Virus record (IMG/VR): IMGVR_UViG_3300033144_002959
Span: 29,709 to 93,708 of that record
DNA: 64,000 nucleotides
Origin: a virus
Strand: one strand, 5' to 3'
In this document: positions 9,901-19,901 of the stretch, one piece after another
How positions within the stretch are numbered: position 1 is the first letter of the stretch
Layout of the letters: each line of letters begins with the position of its first letter
Notes under the pieces: model-generated
Databases searched by the model: none
What the model was told of the DNA's origin: nothing
What the model saw: only the letters and a program-made list of their open reading frames with translations
Position numbers and translations under genes: made by a program

Positions 9901-10341
9901 TCACGTGTACGTAAAGCCCAAGCGGTCATCCCAGACTTTGTCAAAATCCGAAGTACCTCCGGCCCAGCGAAATTCAAAATCATCTTGACCGTCACCACCA
10001 GTAATGACATCGATCTTTTGAATGCGCCATGCGTTCGTGGCATCTAATGTCCCCGGCTGAGCCTGACCCTTGTAGATCACTGCTTCACCAACAAAATCAA
10101 CTCTCGTTGCAAATGGCACATCACTCTCCGCTGCGGGGCCTTGAACACCAACGTCGGATATAATAACGCTTCCGTCCTCGGCCTCGATAACCGTAGTCGT
10201 TTGTTCAACAGAAATTACTTCGGAATCATCCGGCTGGACAACTACCGTGGTCTCATCAACCTGCGTAATAACATCAGCAGCATCAACGTCATTGACGACA
10301 ACACTGCCATCGTCGTTGACAATTACTTGAAACTGAGCCAT
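9901..10341 (-). CDS. Putative virion protein
   Basis: 146 aa; V/D/T-rich N-terminal repeats, GVQGP, then IYKGQAQPG...AWRIQK...VWDDR module typical of phage late genes. Confidence 0.6.
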   Translation of the reverse strand: MAQFQVIVNDDGSVVVNDVDAADVITQVDETTVVVQPDDSEVISVEQTTTVIEAEDGSVIISDVGVQGPAAESDVPFATRVDFVGEAVIYKGQAQPGTLDATNAWRIQKIDVITGGDGQDDFEFRWAGGTSDFDKVWDDRLGFTYT

Positions 10342-10344
10342 GAC

Positions 10345-10719
10345 CTATGGCCTCGTGACGTTAGCGACTGACTTAACTTTTCCCTCAAGCAATCGAATCA
10401 CGCAGGTAACGTCGGAAATCAAAGTCATTTCCAAATCGTAAACGCCAGCAGCCCACGTAATGTCATCGGTTACATCCGCCCCAACCTCCAGTAGAATCCC
10501 ACCGTCAACACCGGATAACGTAATCGATCCTTCGTCAACGGCGGGAGCGGTGCTACGGAGCGCCAGAAGTATTGCGGTCGCGGCTGCACTTTCCCGAATG
10601 TGCATTTCTGCCGTGTAGTCACTGGTATCGATTGGATTGCCATCCGAATCATTCCACGTCAGCTGCTTGGAGAACTTGGCCCCGACTTCAAATGTTAAAG
10701 CTAACTTTCCAGCTGACAT
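10345..10719 (-). CDS. BppU/LtfC-like tail-fibre attachment domain protein
   Basis: GAKFSKQLTW...PIDTSDYTAEMHIR...GVYDLEM...RLLEGKV pattern. Confidence 0.6.
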   Translation of the reverse strand: MSAGKLALTFEVGAKFSKQLTWNDSDGNPIDTSDYTAEMHIRESAAATAILLALRSTAPAVDEGSITLSGVDGGILLEVGADVTDDITWAAGVYDLEMTLISDVTCVIRLLEGKVKSVANVTRP

Positions 10720-10730
10720 GAGCTACCCCT

Positions 10731-10746
10731 GTCCAATTGATTGGAC
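10731..10746. promoter_or_regulatory. 16-bp palindromic site, copy 1
   Basis: Exact GTCCAATTGATTGGAC in a 28-bp intergenic gap. Confidence 0.8.
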
Positions 10747-10747
10747 G

Positions 10748-11158
10748 CTAGTCCAGATAGTTTACTGCCAGTGTGTAAGTGATCGAATCCGTGTCCCCGT
10801 GCGTCAACACCACCCTCCACAAATAAGGCAGACCATCTTTCGCGACAAGATTCGCAACCGCTGTCAGGTCAGGGTGAACTTTGTAAATATTGAACACCGC
10901 TGTCGTCACCGCTACACCGGTCAAAATGTTGTACCACGTATCCGAGCCGTAATCGTACCCGTCGATGGTCGCTACAACAGACGGAGTTGACGTGATAGAC
11001 GTAGCATCCAACAGGATATGAGCACCACGAAACCGCTGATGATTCGTCAGGAACGGGTACTCCGGTGCCGGAGTGGCATTAGGTACATCGGTTACTGGCG
11101 TCTCTGTTCGTGCTGCGCTTGTTAGCAGAACAATTGATTGCTGTACTGGTCCGCTCAT
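10748..11158 (-). CDS. Small beta-sandwich virion protein
   Basis: 136 aa; homologous to C-terminus of 11209-12105. Confidence 0.6.
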   Translation of the reverse strand: MSGPVQQSIVLLTSAARTETPVTDVPNATPAPEYPFLTNHQRFRGAHILLDATSITSTPSVVATIDGYDYGSDTWYNILTGVAVTTAVFNIYKVHPDLTAVANLVAKDGLPYLWRVVLTHGDTDSITYTLAVNYLD

Positions 11159-11208
11159 TTCAATCCTCCGTCATTGGTAGCCATTAAACAACTACCACGT
11201 TAATTCCA

Positions 11209-12105
11209 CTAGAGCTTATATTCCACTGAATAAGTTACAAGAGTTGCATCCCCGTGCTCTACTCTCACCCGCCACATATATGGCAGGACATCATTAGCCG
11301 ACAAATTGGCCACGTCATTGAGATACGATCCCACTTTCAACCGCTGCTTAGTGTTTTTCGCCGTAATATTTGCGCCAGCCAGAATAAGATACCAAGTACC
11401 TGACCCAAAATCGTAGCCCTCTATAAAACAAGTCAGATCAAATGGTCCGCCAGCCTGCTCGGGTAAGTCAATAATTACGTCTGTCGGAGGCCCACCGCCC
11501 CCTCCTTTGCCTTTGCCGCCAGAGCCAGCACCGCCCTGCTTCGTCGCTGGCTGTGTAACTACCGCCGTCTGCGTCTCATCATATTCCGCCTCGGGAATAG
11601 GCACCCCTCCACCGGGATTCTTTGGATTCTTAATCTTAGTGCCTTGATCGTAAGGCGGCAGTGGTGGTGGTGGAGCAGGCTCACCCTCAAACGTTGCTAC
11701 CCATTCGTTGCCCGCTTCAGACCCCCAATAACTGTCCTTACTTGGAAACCAGTAATATGTCCCCGCCGTTGAACTGCCCTGATCCAAATCACCACCAGCG
11801 CCAACATCAGCAAAATCAAACACGACATCAGCCTCGCCACTCCGAGACAAAGTCAAAGTCAGAATTGAATCAAAATCCCACTCCGTAGGAGATTCATCAC
11901 CCGGATCAAACCACATTTCCGTGCCGCCACTGGAAGTGCGATCACTGATTTCCATCCACTCGATATTGCCCGGTGGTGTATCATCTTGTAGGTAAGCCGG
12001 ATCAGGGACAATGGACCCAGTAGGCAGGCTAATTTTTGTGTACCCGTAAGTCGTACCGGAGAAAAACGCTACCGTAATCGTGTATGCCTGTGTCTCAATG
12101 GCCAT
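11209..12105 (-). CDS. Two-domain virion protein with Pro/Gly-rich linker
   Basis: 298 aa; PAPPPPLPP and GGAGSGGKGKGGGGGPP linker; C-terminal domain duplicates 10748-11158. Confidence 0.6.
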   Translation of the reverse strand: MAIETQAYTITVAFFSGTTYGYTKISLPTGSIVPDPAYLQDDTPPGNIEWMEISDRTSSGGTEMWFDPGDESPTEWDFDSILTLTLSRSGEADVVFDFADVGAGGDLDQGSSTAGTYYWFPSKDSYWGSEAGNEWVATFEGEPAPPPPLPPYDQGTKIKNPKNPGGGVPIPEAEYDETQTAVVTQPATKQGGAGSGGKGKGGGGGPPTDVIIDLPEQAGGPFDLTCFIEGYDFGSGTWYLILAGANITAKNTKQRLKVGSYLNDVANLSANDVLPYMWRVRVEHGDATLVTYSVEYKL

Positions 12106-12114
12106 GCCTGCCTC

Positions 12115-13047
12115 CTAAGTCGTAACGATCAATTGGCCGCTAACATCAGTTGAAACCGGCGGAACACGTTGATGCAGTACCTGAACCCAACACGTTGTTA
12201 CCTGAACATTAGGATTTGTAGCCCGCCCTAGAACTTCAGTGACAATATTAGTCAATTGTGTGTCCGGGTTCGCCTCGGTACCAGCGATCTCTGCCCATAA
12301 TCGAGTCATACGCACGGTCGTATTCGTGCTTGCATTGATCAGTGCCGTATCACCATTGGTACCGACCCCGAAATAGTCAATATCAAGAACACCCCCGTGA
12401 GCGGTCCCCGAGCCTACCCCGGTCCATCCTGCCGCCGTGATTCGACTACCACTCGTATCCTCGAAATCAATCTCCCACCACGGAGGTTCGTTGAGGCCGT
12501 TAATACCGTCAATCCAATGCTTTGCTTGCACCGTAACCGTCGCGCCCGTACCGTTGACTCTGAATCGCATGTACTGCCAAACATCAGAAACCGCATCATT
12601 CCAGTACGGGAGCCTCATGGTGTACATATAGCGGGGCGCTTGCTGATTACCAGAAACATATCCATCGAGAAGTTCTGTTTGAACACCAGCGGCCCACCGA
12701 TTGATTTCCAACTGGCCGAACTGATCGACCATTAAATCGTAGCCTGCTTCGTTTCCACCAGAGCCACTGGCCCGAAGGAATAGATTTGGGCGAGTATGTT
12801 GGTCGGCTGAATTTCTGTAACGACAAATGATTTCAGAGTTCGCCCGGTTGGCGTCGCCGTCTATGTCATCCCACGAGGCGAGCTGAAGACCTGTCCCTGA
12901 CGCTGCCGCTTGAAACACCCGATCATCTTCAGCATCTGTCGGTGCTTCTATAGTCCACTCAGACATCGCCGCGAACCTTGCCGTGAAATCGGTTGCAAAG
13001 ATTCCCGTAGTACCTTCGTCGCTAAAGTCTTTTGCGTAAGTCGTCAT
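12115..13047 (-). CDS. Lectin/ConA-like fold tail protein
   Basis: 310 aa; LRASGSGGNEAGY, WQYMRFRV, AAGWTGVG, DIDYFGVGT shared with 22940-23839. Confidence 0.6.
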   Translation of the reverse strand: MTTYAKDFSDEGTTGIFATDFTARFAAMSEWTIEAPTDAEDDRVFQAAASGTGLQLASWDDIDGDANRANSEIICRYRNSADQHTRPNLFLRASGSGGNEAGYDLMVDQFGQLEINRWAAGVQTELLDGYVSGNQQAPRYMYTMRLPYWNDAVSDVWQYMRFRVNGTGATVTVQAKHWIDGINGLNEPPWWEIDFEDTSGSRITAAGWTGVGSGTAHGGVLDIDYFGVGTNGDTALINASTNTTVRMTRLWAEIAGTEANPDTQLTNIVTEVLGRATNPNVQVTTCWVQVLHQRVPPVSTDVSGQLIVTT

Positions 13048-14126
13048 GTCTCTAACGTAATCCCAAATTCTGCTGCGTCAATAGTAGTGTCAGACCAGTT
13101 CGCTGGCCCATTAGGATTCTGCTCAAATATCCCCGACACCATACGATACCTGTCTTGGTTAAAATGCGTTACATCCCCGTTAGACTCAGAAGTGCTGCTG
13201 CGACACAAAGCACTAATATCACGTCGCCCCGCATCCTCATTCCTGCCCAACATCTTAACCTGCACCCCATAAACTGTCGTGAAATTAGAAACAAGATTTG
13301 AGAACGTGTACAAATCGTCATCAAGTGCCGTGGCACTGCTAACGTACGAGGTTTCTTCATCCTGCTCCGCCTCATCTACCATTTCATAGTTGGTCAACCC
13401 AGAGAGTTGCGTGAAATCATTGCGGTTACCATCGCCATCAGGGTCCAACACTTCAATATGAATATCACCGAGAAAATCATTCCACGGAGAACCGCCCGTG
13501 GTGTCGAGGACATACAAATCAGCAAACTGAAACTCCACCGCTGCTTCAGGATAAAGTTCCAAATTAGTAGCCCACGCATTTACCGTAAACTGAGTATCCA
13601 CCGTGCTACCTGACATGATGTTTACGCCATCCAATCTAAGTTCATACGACCCGGCACTAGCGTCTATCGTCGTCTTGTATTCGATGTAGTGCCAACGACG
13701 ATCCAGATGAATGTCAGCCCGTACGCGATCAATCTCGTCATTAGCAGAATCCCCAGCATACAAAACAAATTCCTGATTGCCATTCAGATAAACACTCTGC
13801 TGCCATTCAGCGTTTCCGCTAGTTATACCATCCACGTCTATGAGTCCGAAAATCATAACAGGCAAAAACGGAATGAGGTTTGGGGTCTCATCTATTCGAA
13901 ACCTAAAGCCTAAAACTATCGATGTCATCCGGTCAGGTAATTGATATCCGGCATAAATATTCGTTGATGCCTCAGATAAAAAGCGCCCAGTCAACGGGTG
14001 CACATTATTAAGATCAGGCCCTGCGGTACCGCTCGACCACCGCAACCACATCTGCGTATTGAGCCGCCCATTAGCTTCAGACGATGCGTCAAATGTAGAC
14101 ATGCTATCCAGTAAAATTAGTGCCAT
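13044..14126 (-). CDS. LamG/ConA-like tail protein, paralogue 1
   Basis: WHYIEYK...YELRLDG, then DFLGD.H.E.L.PDGDG...NYEMVDE...AEFGITLET. Confidence 0.65.
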   Translation of the reverse strand: MALILLDSMSTFDASSEANGRLNTQMWLRWSSGTAGPDLNNVHPLTGRFLSEASTNIYAGYQLPDRMTSIVLGFRFRIDETPNLIPFLPVMIFGLIDVDGITSGNAEWQQSVYLNGNQEFVLYAGDSANDEIDRVRADIHLDRRWHYIEYKTTIDASAGSYELRLDGVNIMSGSTVDTQFTVNAWATNLELYPEAAVEFQFADLYVLDTTGGSPWNDFLGDIHIEVLDPDGDGNRNDFTQLSGLTNYEMVDEAEQDEETSYVSSATALDDDLYTFSNLVSNFTTVYGVQVKMLGRNEDAGRRDISALCRSSTSESNGDVTHFNQDRYRMVSGIFEQNPNGPANWSDTTIDAAEFGITLET

Positions 14127-14129
14127 CAG

Positions 14130-15170
14130 TTAACTCTCAATTGTGAATCCAAATTCTGCGGCATTTATCGCCGCTTCGTCCCATGCTGCCCCGCCATTAG
14201 GATCAACTTCATAAACTCCCTTTCCATCCGTAGGCATCATCCAACTAATCGACGCAGACTGAGAAGTTCCCTCAACTTCCGTGACATTACTCCGCGATAA
14301 AGTGCGCGCCATACGCACCCCAGCATCCGTCGTACGAAACATGGGCTTGACGTTGGCACAATAAATCGTATCCATCGTTAAAGTCAGATTGTCAAACGTG
14401 TACAGCTCGTCATCGCCTACTACTGACGACCACACATACGTCGTGTCGTCATCAGGATTGTTCCCGTCATCCACGGCTTCATAATTATTCAACCCACCCC
14501 CGACTCGCGTGAAGTTATTACGATTACCGTCACCATCGGGGTACAAGGTTTCTATGTAGCACGGCCCAAGCAAGTCATTATTAGTCAGCCCTGTCCCATC
14601 CAAGACATAAGCAAATGCACATCGGTATCCAGACTGCGCGTCGTTAATTGAACGAACTAATCCACATGACGCAACCGACCCTGCCTGTGTGTCTTGGCCA
14701 GTCAAGCTAATCCACGACTCACCATTCACCTCAAGATCAATCGTGCCAGTTGAAGCATGGACTAAAACCTTTGCTTCGATAAAATAATACACCCCATGAA
14801 TAAAAGTCTGTGGGTACACCGACCGACCGACTTCCGTACCGGTACCATCCCGTGCCGACACTGAGCCATCTTGATTTAACCGAAATTCAACGTGCGGACT
14901 TTCACCCTCATTAAACGAAAGAAAAATCCCGTTCACTGAAAAAGGCAGAAGATCGAACATTCGCAAATGACCAAAAATCACAGTCGTAGATAACGGGATA
15001 TAAAAATTTATTGATGTATTAGCCCCAGCCAAATCAAGCGAATTATTACTGGGCAGCACTGGGTCCGAACTCGCGACAACAGTGTACGAAGTTGCATCTA
15101 TCATTTCACTACGCTGCAATTGTGCTTTCGTTGAGCAGTAATCAAATGCCGTTGTTCTTAAAACTGCCAT
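14130..15170 (-). CDS. LamG/ConA-like tail protein, paralogue 2
   Basis: YYFIEAK...DLEVNG, NNDLLGPCYIETLYPDGDG...NYEAVDD...AEFGFTIES. Confidence 0.65.
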   Translation of the reverse strand: MAVLRTTAFDYCSTKAQLQRSEMIDATSYTVVASSDPVLPSNNSLDLAGANTSINFYIPLSTTVIFGHLRMFDLLPFSVNGIFLSFNEGESPHVEFRLNQDGSVSARDGTGTEVGRSVYPQTFIHGVYYFIEAKVLVHASTGTIDLEVNGESWISLTGQDTQAGSVASCGLVRSINDAQSGYRCAFAYVLDGTGLTNNDLLGPCYIETLYPDGDGNRNNFTRVGGGLNNYEAVDDGNNPDDDTTYVWSSVVGDDELYTFDNLTLTMDTIYCANVKPMFRTTDAGVRMARTLSRSNVTEVEGTSQSASISWMMPTDGKGVYEVDPNGGAAWDEAAINAAEFGFTIES

Positions 15171-15173
15171 AGT

Positions 15174-16202
15174 TTAGCTCTCTATCGTTACACCAAACTG
15201 AGCGCTGAGCAGACCGCCCTCAATCCACGCTGCTACGGTATCGGGGTCTTGCTCCCATACCTCATAGTACGTCCGCCACGACGGCCCTAGATACCAGTTA
15301 ATCGATCCCTCGTACGTTACCCCACCACTGCGAACCGCTGAACGCATAACACGAGTACCAAGACCCCCAGCAATTCTGCACTTATACCCGACCTTCACCC
15401 CGTAAATCGTGTCAACAGTCTGAACCGGGGCAGGGTAATCGTACAAATCGGTGTGGCCCACCGTGGAAGACTCTACGTAACTGGTATCCTCATCCGGTGG
15501 TGTTTCATCAATCATTTCATAATTCGTAAGGCCAGACAAAGGCGAGAAGTCATTGGAGAATCCGTCACCGTCAGCAAACAATGTCTCGACCCAGCAATCT
15601 CCTAGATAATCATTATTCTCTGTCCCGTTACCGTCGAGCACATACAGATCATCCCACCAGTTATCAAGATGTGCCGAGCTGCCAACCAACTGAAAATAGT
15701 CTACGTTTACAGGGGACGCACCATTGTTTGTGTCTTGGCCCGTTGCCGACAACGACGTAGTCACTTCGTCAACCCTAACTTCATAAGTTCCAAGCGTATC
15801 GTGCACTCGAAACTTAAACTCAAAGTAATACCACTGGTCTTGAACCAGCCCTAATCCACTCGTAACAGCTAACTGCGTTGTGCCACGATCAACTGCCAGC
15901 TCTCCCCCAGTCACATAGCGAAAAACCAAATGCTCAGTAATACCCTGCAACACCCGGATAAGATCATGACTTGGATCATTTTGCCATCGATGAGCGAACC
16001 CAACTATGATTGTTTCACTGTTATCTAACTGGGGCAACGGATACCCCACATCCAAAGAACTTGACGTCAACTCCAACGCCTTCCCAGACCCAGATCGACC
16101 AGTCACATATACCGTAGTGGACGTGCTGCCACCAAGCATTTCGTTACGTATGTCATCGAAGCTATCGCCCTCATCGAACCCATCCATAAACAGCAAAGTC
16201 AT
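15174..16202 (-). CDS. LamG/ConA-like tail protein, paralogue 3
   Basis: WYYFEFK...YEVRVD, NNDYLGDCWVETLFADGDG...NYEMIDE...AQFGVTIES. Confidence 0.65.
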   Translation of the reverse strand: MTLLFMDGFDEGDSFDDIRNEMLGGSTSTTVYVTGRSGSGKALELTSSSLDVGYPLPQLDNSETIIVGFAHRWQNDPSHDLIRVLQGITEHLVFRYVTGGELAVDRGTTQLAVTSGLGLVQDQWYYFEFKFRVHDTLGTYEVRVDEVTTSLSATGQDTNNGASPVNVDYFQLVGSSAHLDNWWDDLYVLDGNGTENNDYLGDCWVETLFADGDGFSNDFSPLSGLTNYEMIDETPPDEDTSYVESSTVGHTDLYDYPAPVQTVDTIYGVKVGYKCRIAGGLGTRVMRSAVRSGGVTYEGSINWYLGPSWRTYYEVWEQDPDTVAAWIEGGLLSAQFGVTIES

Positions 16203-17405
16203 CTAAGCATCCCGTGTCAAGGCCAGCGTGAAATACACGTTAGCAAGAGTTGCATCTGGAGTAACAGGGGCCTGAATCTCCAACAAGTCCCCACCTACAA
16301 AAGTCGTCTCAGATATGCCCACAAAAGTTGCCACCGTTCCCGAGATTGCAAACCGCAGAGTGCCGATGCTGCCACCATTTTTCTGCAAATCAAAATCGGT
16401 CTGCGCCGTAGCTGCGGTCTCTGCCTCAACTGATGAATTCGTTGCACCAGCCGGTAACGTAAGACTCGTAATACCAGACGGCATCGAAAAGCCAAGGCAA
16501 CGTTCACTCACTCCCGGTGCACCATTTTTCCAAGACCCCACAACAAATGGTTGCGTTCCGCCTGCAACCGCTCCTGCTAGGGAAAGCGCAAGCACATTCG
16601 TGCCATCACAAACCACCAGTGCGACCGACCCTTGAGTAACGACCACGCCAGTACCCGCTGCCGTCTTCACAGTGACATCGAATGATCCTGTCGTGTTATT
16701 GATAATGATGTACGGCTTCTCAAAATCAGGCACTTCCAAATCACGATCACCGGTCAACGTACCAGTCAATAAGAATACAGCGTGCTCCATGCCCTCAGCC
16801 GTCGTGAGCGTCACGTTAGCGCCCGAAATCGTTACCGGATGGATCAGGGTATGCCCACCTTCTCCAGCCTCTAAGCGTTGATCTAATTCTAGGTACGTTT
16901 GACTTCCCAAAACAGCACTGAGTTGAGCATTCTGATTTACCGTATCGCCCCAGACAACCGGGGGCTGGGTGATTGTGGTAAACGTGCTCGGAGACGTAAA
17001 CGCAATTGTATGAACAGCATCAGACGCTGTCGTATCAAAACTCCACGTGCCGAATGAATCGATGTGCGTGTAAAACGTGTCTGTCGCCTGCCCGGTAAAA
17101 TCCAAAGTGATGCCGGGACTGAATGTTGTGACCGTGGCATTACTTGGTCTCCATACTGACCCAGCCGTAACATCCAGCACCGCACCGCCAGCGTCAGTCG
17201 CAAGGACTCCGCCAGCCGACAATCTACCAACCGAAGCTCCAAATACAGCAGTCGCAAATCCGGGGTAATTAACTACCGCTCCAGCAGACCCAACAAGAGA
17301 CGCCTGAAGACTATCAATCGCCGACTTGATTATGGCGTAATTCGAATTGTGCTTTGAAATATAGTTGACGTCGCCAATCGCAAGAGTGTCAAGTGTAATG
17401 GTCAT
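16203..17405 (-). CDS. Tail fibre/spike-like protein
   Basis: 400 aa; LTGTLTGDRDL.VP...NNTTGSF.VTVKT...VVCDGTNV module common in phage tail fibres. Confidence 0.65.
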   Translation of the reverse strand: MTITLDTLAIGDVNYISKHNSNYAIIKSAIDSLQASLVGSAGAVVNYPGFATAVFGASVGRLSAGGVLATDAGGAVLDVTAGSVWRPSNATVTTFSPGITLDFTGQATDTFYTHIDSFGTWSFDTTASDAVHTIAFTSPSTFTTITQPPVVWGDTVNQNAQLSAVLGSQTYLELDQRLEAGEGGHTLIHPVTISGANVTLTTAEGMEHAVFLLTGTLTGDRDLEVPDFEKPYIIINNTTGSFDVTVKTAAGTGVVVTQGSVALVVCDGTNVLALSLAGAVAGGTQPFVVGSWKNGAPGVSERCLGFSMPSGITSLTLPAGATNSSVEAETAATAQTDFDLQKNGGSIGTLRFAISGTVATFVGISETTFVGGDLLEIQAPVTPDATLANVYFTLALTRDA

Positions 17406-17887
17406 GCAAATATCTCCAACAAAACTCCGCCCTCAAATCGACCCATTGACCCGTAAGCTGTATATCCATAACCGTCGCCGAGTGTTGACAGCTCACCGTA
17501 ATTCAAGGCCCGAATATAAAATGTTCGATCAATCGGTGTGTCGCTTGTGTACGTAGGCAACCCAAACTCAAAGTCTGGCACCGTCACTCCTACTTCAGTA
17601 CGAGTACCCGGCATTACTTTTGAAAATCCAGACACCGTCCATCGCTGCGCCGTACGTGTGAGCGTGACTGGTTGCCCTATTTGAGCGTACCGCAAATCAT
17701 TATTGCCTTGTGCTATAGCGACATCGTGCATCAAAAAATCTTCGCCGACATCTACATTGCACACGTATATTGAATTGCCTGCCTCATCCCCAAGCCACAG
17801 AACAGGGCGAGACGCAACCTTCCCTTCTATTGTGGTTTTTGCCCGATCAATATCGGCATCAATTATATTTGTAAGAATGCTGCCCAT
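17402..17887 (-). CDS. Tail tip protein
   Basis: 161 aa, coupled to neighbours on both sides; follows hub-like gene. Confidence 0.5.
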   Translation of the reverse strand: MGSILTNIIDADIDRAKTTIEGKVASRPVLWLGDEAGNSIYVCNVDVGEDFLMHDVAIAQGNNDLRYAQIGQPVTLTRTAQRWTVSGFSKVMPGTRTEVGVTVPDFEFGLPTYTSDTPIDRTFYIRALNYGELSTLGDGYGYTAYGSMGRFEGGVLLEIFA

Positions 17888-19362
17888 TACGATCTAAATC
17901 CTTTAAGGGTCAACGTCGCTGGTGAACCTCGGGTGAGATTCCTTTCGTAATCTGTAACGAATACCCGCGAGGTGTCAGGCAGCTCCACGATATCTCCCGG
18001 CTCAATACGTGGGTCATCAATAATTTGAGCATCCCAACTATTCTCCGACGCTATCCGGTACAACAATTCTCGAATCGCAACCTGCTGTGCGTGAGGCTCA
18101 TCAAAAATCAAATCGTTCTCATCGGTCTGCTGAGCTTCCATCCAATTCGGTGCCGCGTTGTCAAAAGCAATCGTCGCATTCTGCGTATGCACGAAGTCAA
18201 ACGGCTCACCAAAAATCTCATATTCCCCGGTACCAATGCTCATCATAATGAGCAGCAAAATACCCTCGGCTAGACCGCGAATAACTCGACCAACCGGAAC
18301 TGTGACGCCGCCACTAGCAATAAAGCCCACCACGACTACCAAATCAGGATACCAATCAAGGATCAACATAACCGCCAATGCAATCGTAGCCAACGTAGGC
18401 ACCCAATTATCGGTGACTACTAATATTTTCCCCTTAAACAAATCAAGCTGAGTGTAACTTTCCTCCGCAATATTCAACAGCGCATCATTCACCGACTGAT
18501 GAATAACCATTCGTGTATTCTTAGCTCGTTGCTTTTCGTCCTCAGACCAAGACACTATTTCTCGCTGCTGCAACTGATAAAACCCTGCCGTAATTCCGGT
18601 CCTGTCTAATGACGTTTCTGCCTGTACGACTTCAGTCAGATTTCGATCAAGCCATTTAATCCGGTATCGCGAAATTGCTGGACGTGACTTGCCACCGAGA
18701 ATGCGCTTCACTCTCTCTTGGGTCATTGCAATTGTTGCAATTCGATCTACTCTCCGATCATAAAATGTGATCTGCCCTTTCGCATTGGTGTAGGGCCAAC
18801 GACCCATCGCCATACCAACCTTCTCAAGAATTGACCACGGTTGTTGCTCAACAAACTGGACATTCGAATGAGGAACTGCTTCACCACCCAACGGGATTAC
18901 AAATTCATTCTCAGTAAGTCCTAGCTGCCGCAACACATCCTCGGCAACAGCGTTCAGCAACGTACCTTGTGGGTACCGACGTGTGGCTACTCTACCCTTA
19001 CGCCAAATACCAACACCGTCACGACTACGCGCCGTAATACTGATCGTCCGATTTCCCCTTTCTTCATTGAAATTGTTTATCTCGTCAACGAAACCAATCC
19101 AAAGAATTGCACTGTGCTCAGAAATTCTAATCGAATCACCGACCTTTGGCTGGCTTGCAGTGAACATGCCAGTCCCGTCCCACGTCATAGTGACTCTACA
19201 CTCAAACGCGCTATGTCTTGCTTGGGAAACAAAAGGTGTCAAGTCAAACGATGTACCCGTATCTTTGAGAACATCTATATAATCAACGGACTTATTATAA
19301 GTTTTGATCGTCACATTACGAGTAACGCTCGGGGCCGGTATTCTGGAAATATCTGTTCTCAC
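17887..19362 (-). CDS. Baseplate hub/Tal-like protein
   Basis: 491 aa; WIGFVDEI...ISITARSRDG N-terminus and DPRIEPGDIV C-terminus typical of hub proteins; internal hydrophobic segment. Confidence 0.65.
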   Translation of the reverse strand: MRTDISRIPAPSVTRNVTIKTYNKSVDYIDVLKDTGTSFDLTPFVSQARHSAFECRVTMTWDGTGMFTASQPKVGDSIRISEHSAILWIGFVDEINNFNEERGNRTISITARSRDGVGIWRKGRVATRRYPQGTLLNAVAEDVLRQLGLTENEFVIPLGGEAVPHSNVQFVEQQPWSILEKVGMAMGRWPYTNAKGQITFYDRRVDRIATIAMTQERVKRILGGKSRPAISRYRIKWLDRNLTEVVQAETSLDRTGITAGFYQLQQREIVSWSEDEKQRAKNTRMVIHQSVNDALLNIAEESYTQLDLFKGKILVVTDNWVPTLATIALAVMLILDWYPDLVVVVGFIASGGVTVPVGRVIRGLAEGILLLIMMSIGTGEYEIFGEPFDFVHTQNATIAFDNAAPNWMEAQQTDENDLIFDEPHAQQVAIRELLYRIASENSWDAQIIDDPRIEPGDIVELPDTSRVFVTDYERNLTRGSPATLTLKGFRS

Positions 19363-19901
19363 GAGGCTGGCCCAACTATCTGGTAAACCATTGTCACTGG
19401 TAGATCAATCCAACCTTGAAGGCTTATATCAGTAAACATAAATCCACGTTGACCACCTACCTGCATATCTTTGATCACTACATCGAATCCATTCGCTGTC
19501 ACGTAACTTGGCCACCACTGAATATAGTCCACTGTAGGGTCAGGGGGATTCTGGAAAAAACTGATCAAAACACGAAGCTGCGACATCGACATTGCAAGCC
19601 CACCCGGTGCAGTCCATATCTCTTTGCATTCCACGTCCTTGATGTTCCCCGCCCACAACGTGTTCTGACCAGAGCTAAGCGTTTTTGTGTTCTGCCAATC
19701 CGGCACAATAATCGCCTCACCATCCATATTGATCCACTGCTCTGGCAGGTAATCATAATCAAACGTGCCCAGCGTCGGGTGAATTAACCGACCTCTACCC
19801 TCTCCAGAAACCGCATTAGGAATTACTGCCACAGTAACTTCTGCTGTAGCCGAACTCTGGGCAGCGATTATGAACGCTGTGCTATTTGTGATGACTGCCA
19901 C
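19359..19901 (-). CDS. Tail tip (distal-tail-like) protein
   Basis: 180 aa directly upstream of hub gene; call rests on position. Confidence 0.45.
   Translation of the reverse strand: MAVITNSTAFIIAAQSSATAEVTVAVIPNAVSGEGRGRLIHPTLGTFDYDYLPEQWINMDGEAIIVPDWQNTKTLSSGQNTLWAGNIKDVECKEIWTAPGGLAMSMSQLRVLISFFQNPPDPTVDYIQWWPSYVTANGFDVVIKDMQVGGQRGFMFTDISLQGWIDLPVTMVYQIVGPAS

Noticed and set aside
9891-10043. N-terminal extension of the 229-aa oxygenase ORF
   Set aside because: Overlaps the upstream structural gene by 143 nt; the paralogue's length supports the ATG at 9890.
11128-11143. Partial palindrome match GAACAATTGATTGCTG (similar one near 7396)
   Set aside because: Only about 11/16 matches, outer arms broken, inside coding sequence.
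13044-16202. Diversity-generating retroelement or invertible shufflon behind the paralogues
   Set aside because: No reverse transcriptase or recombinase, no adenine-specific TR/VR pair and no flanking inverted repeats seen.
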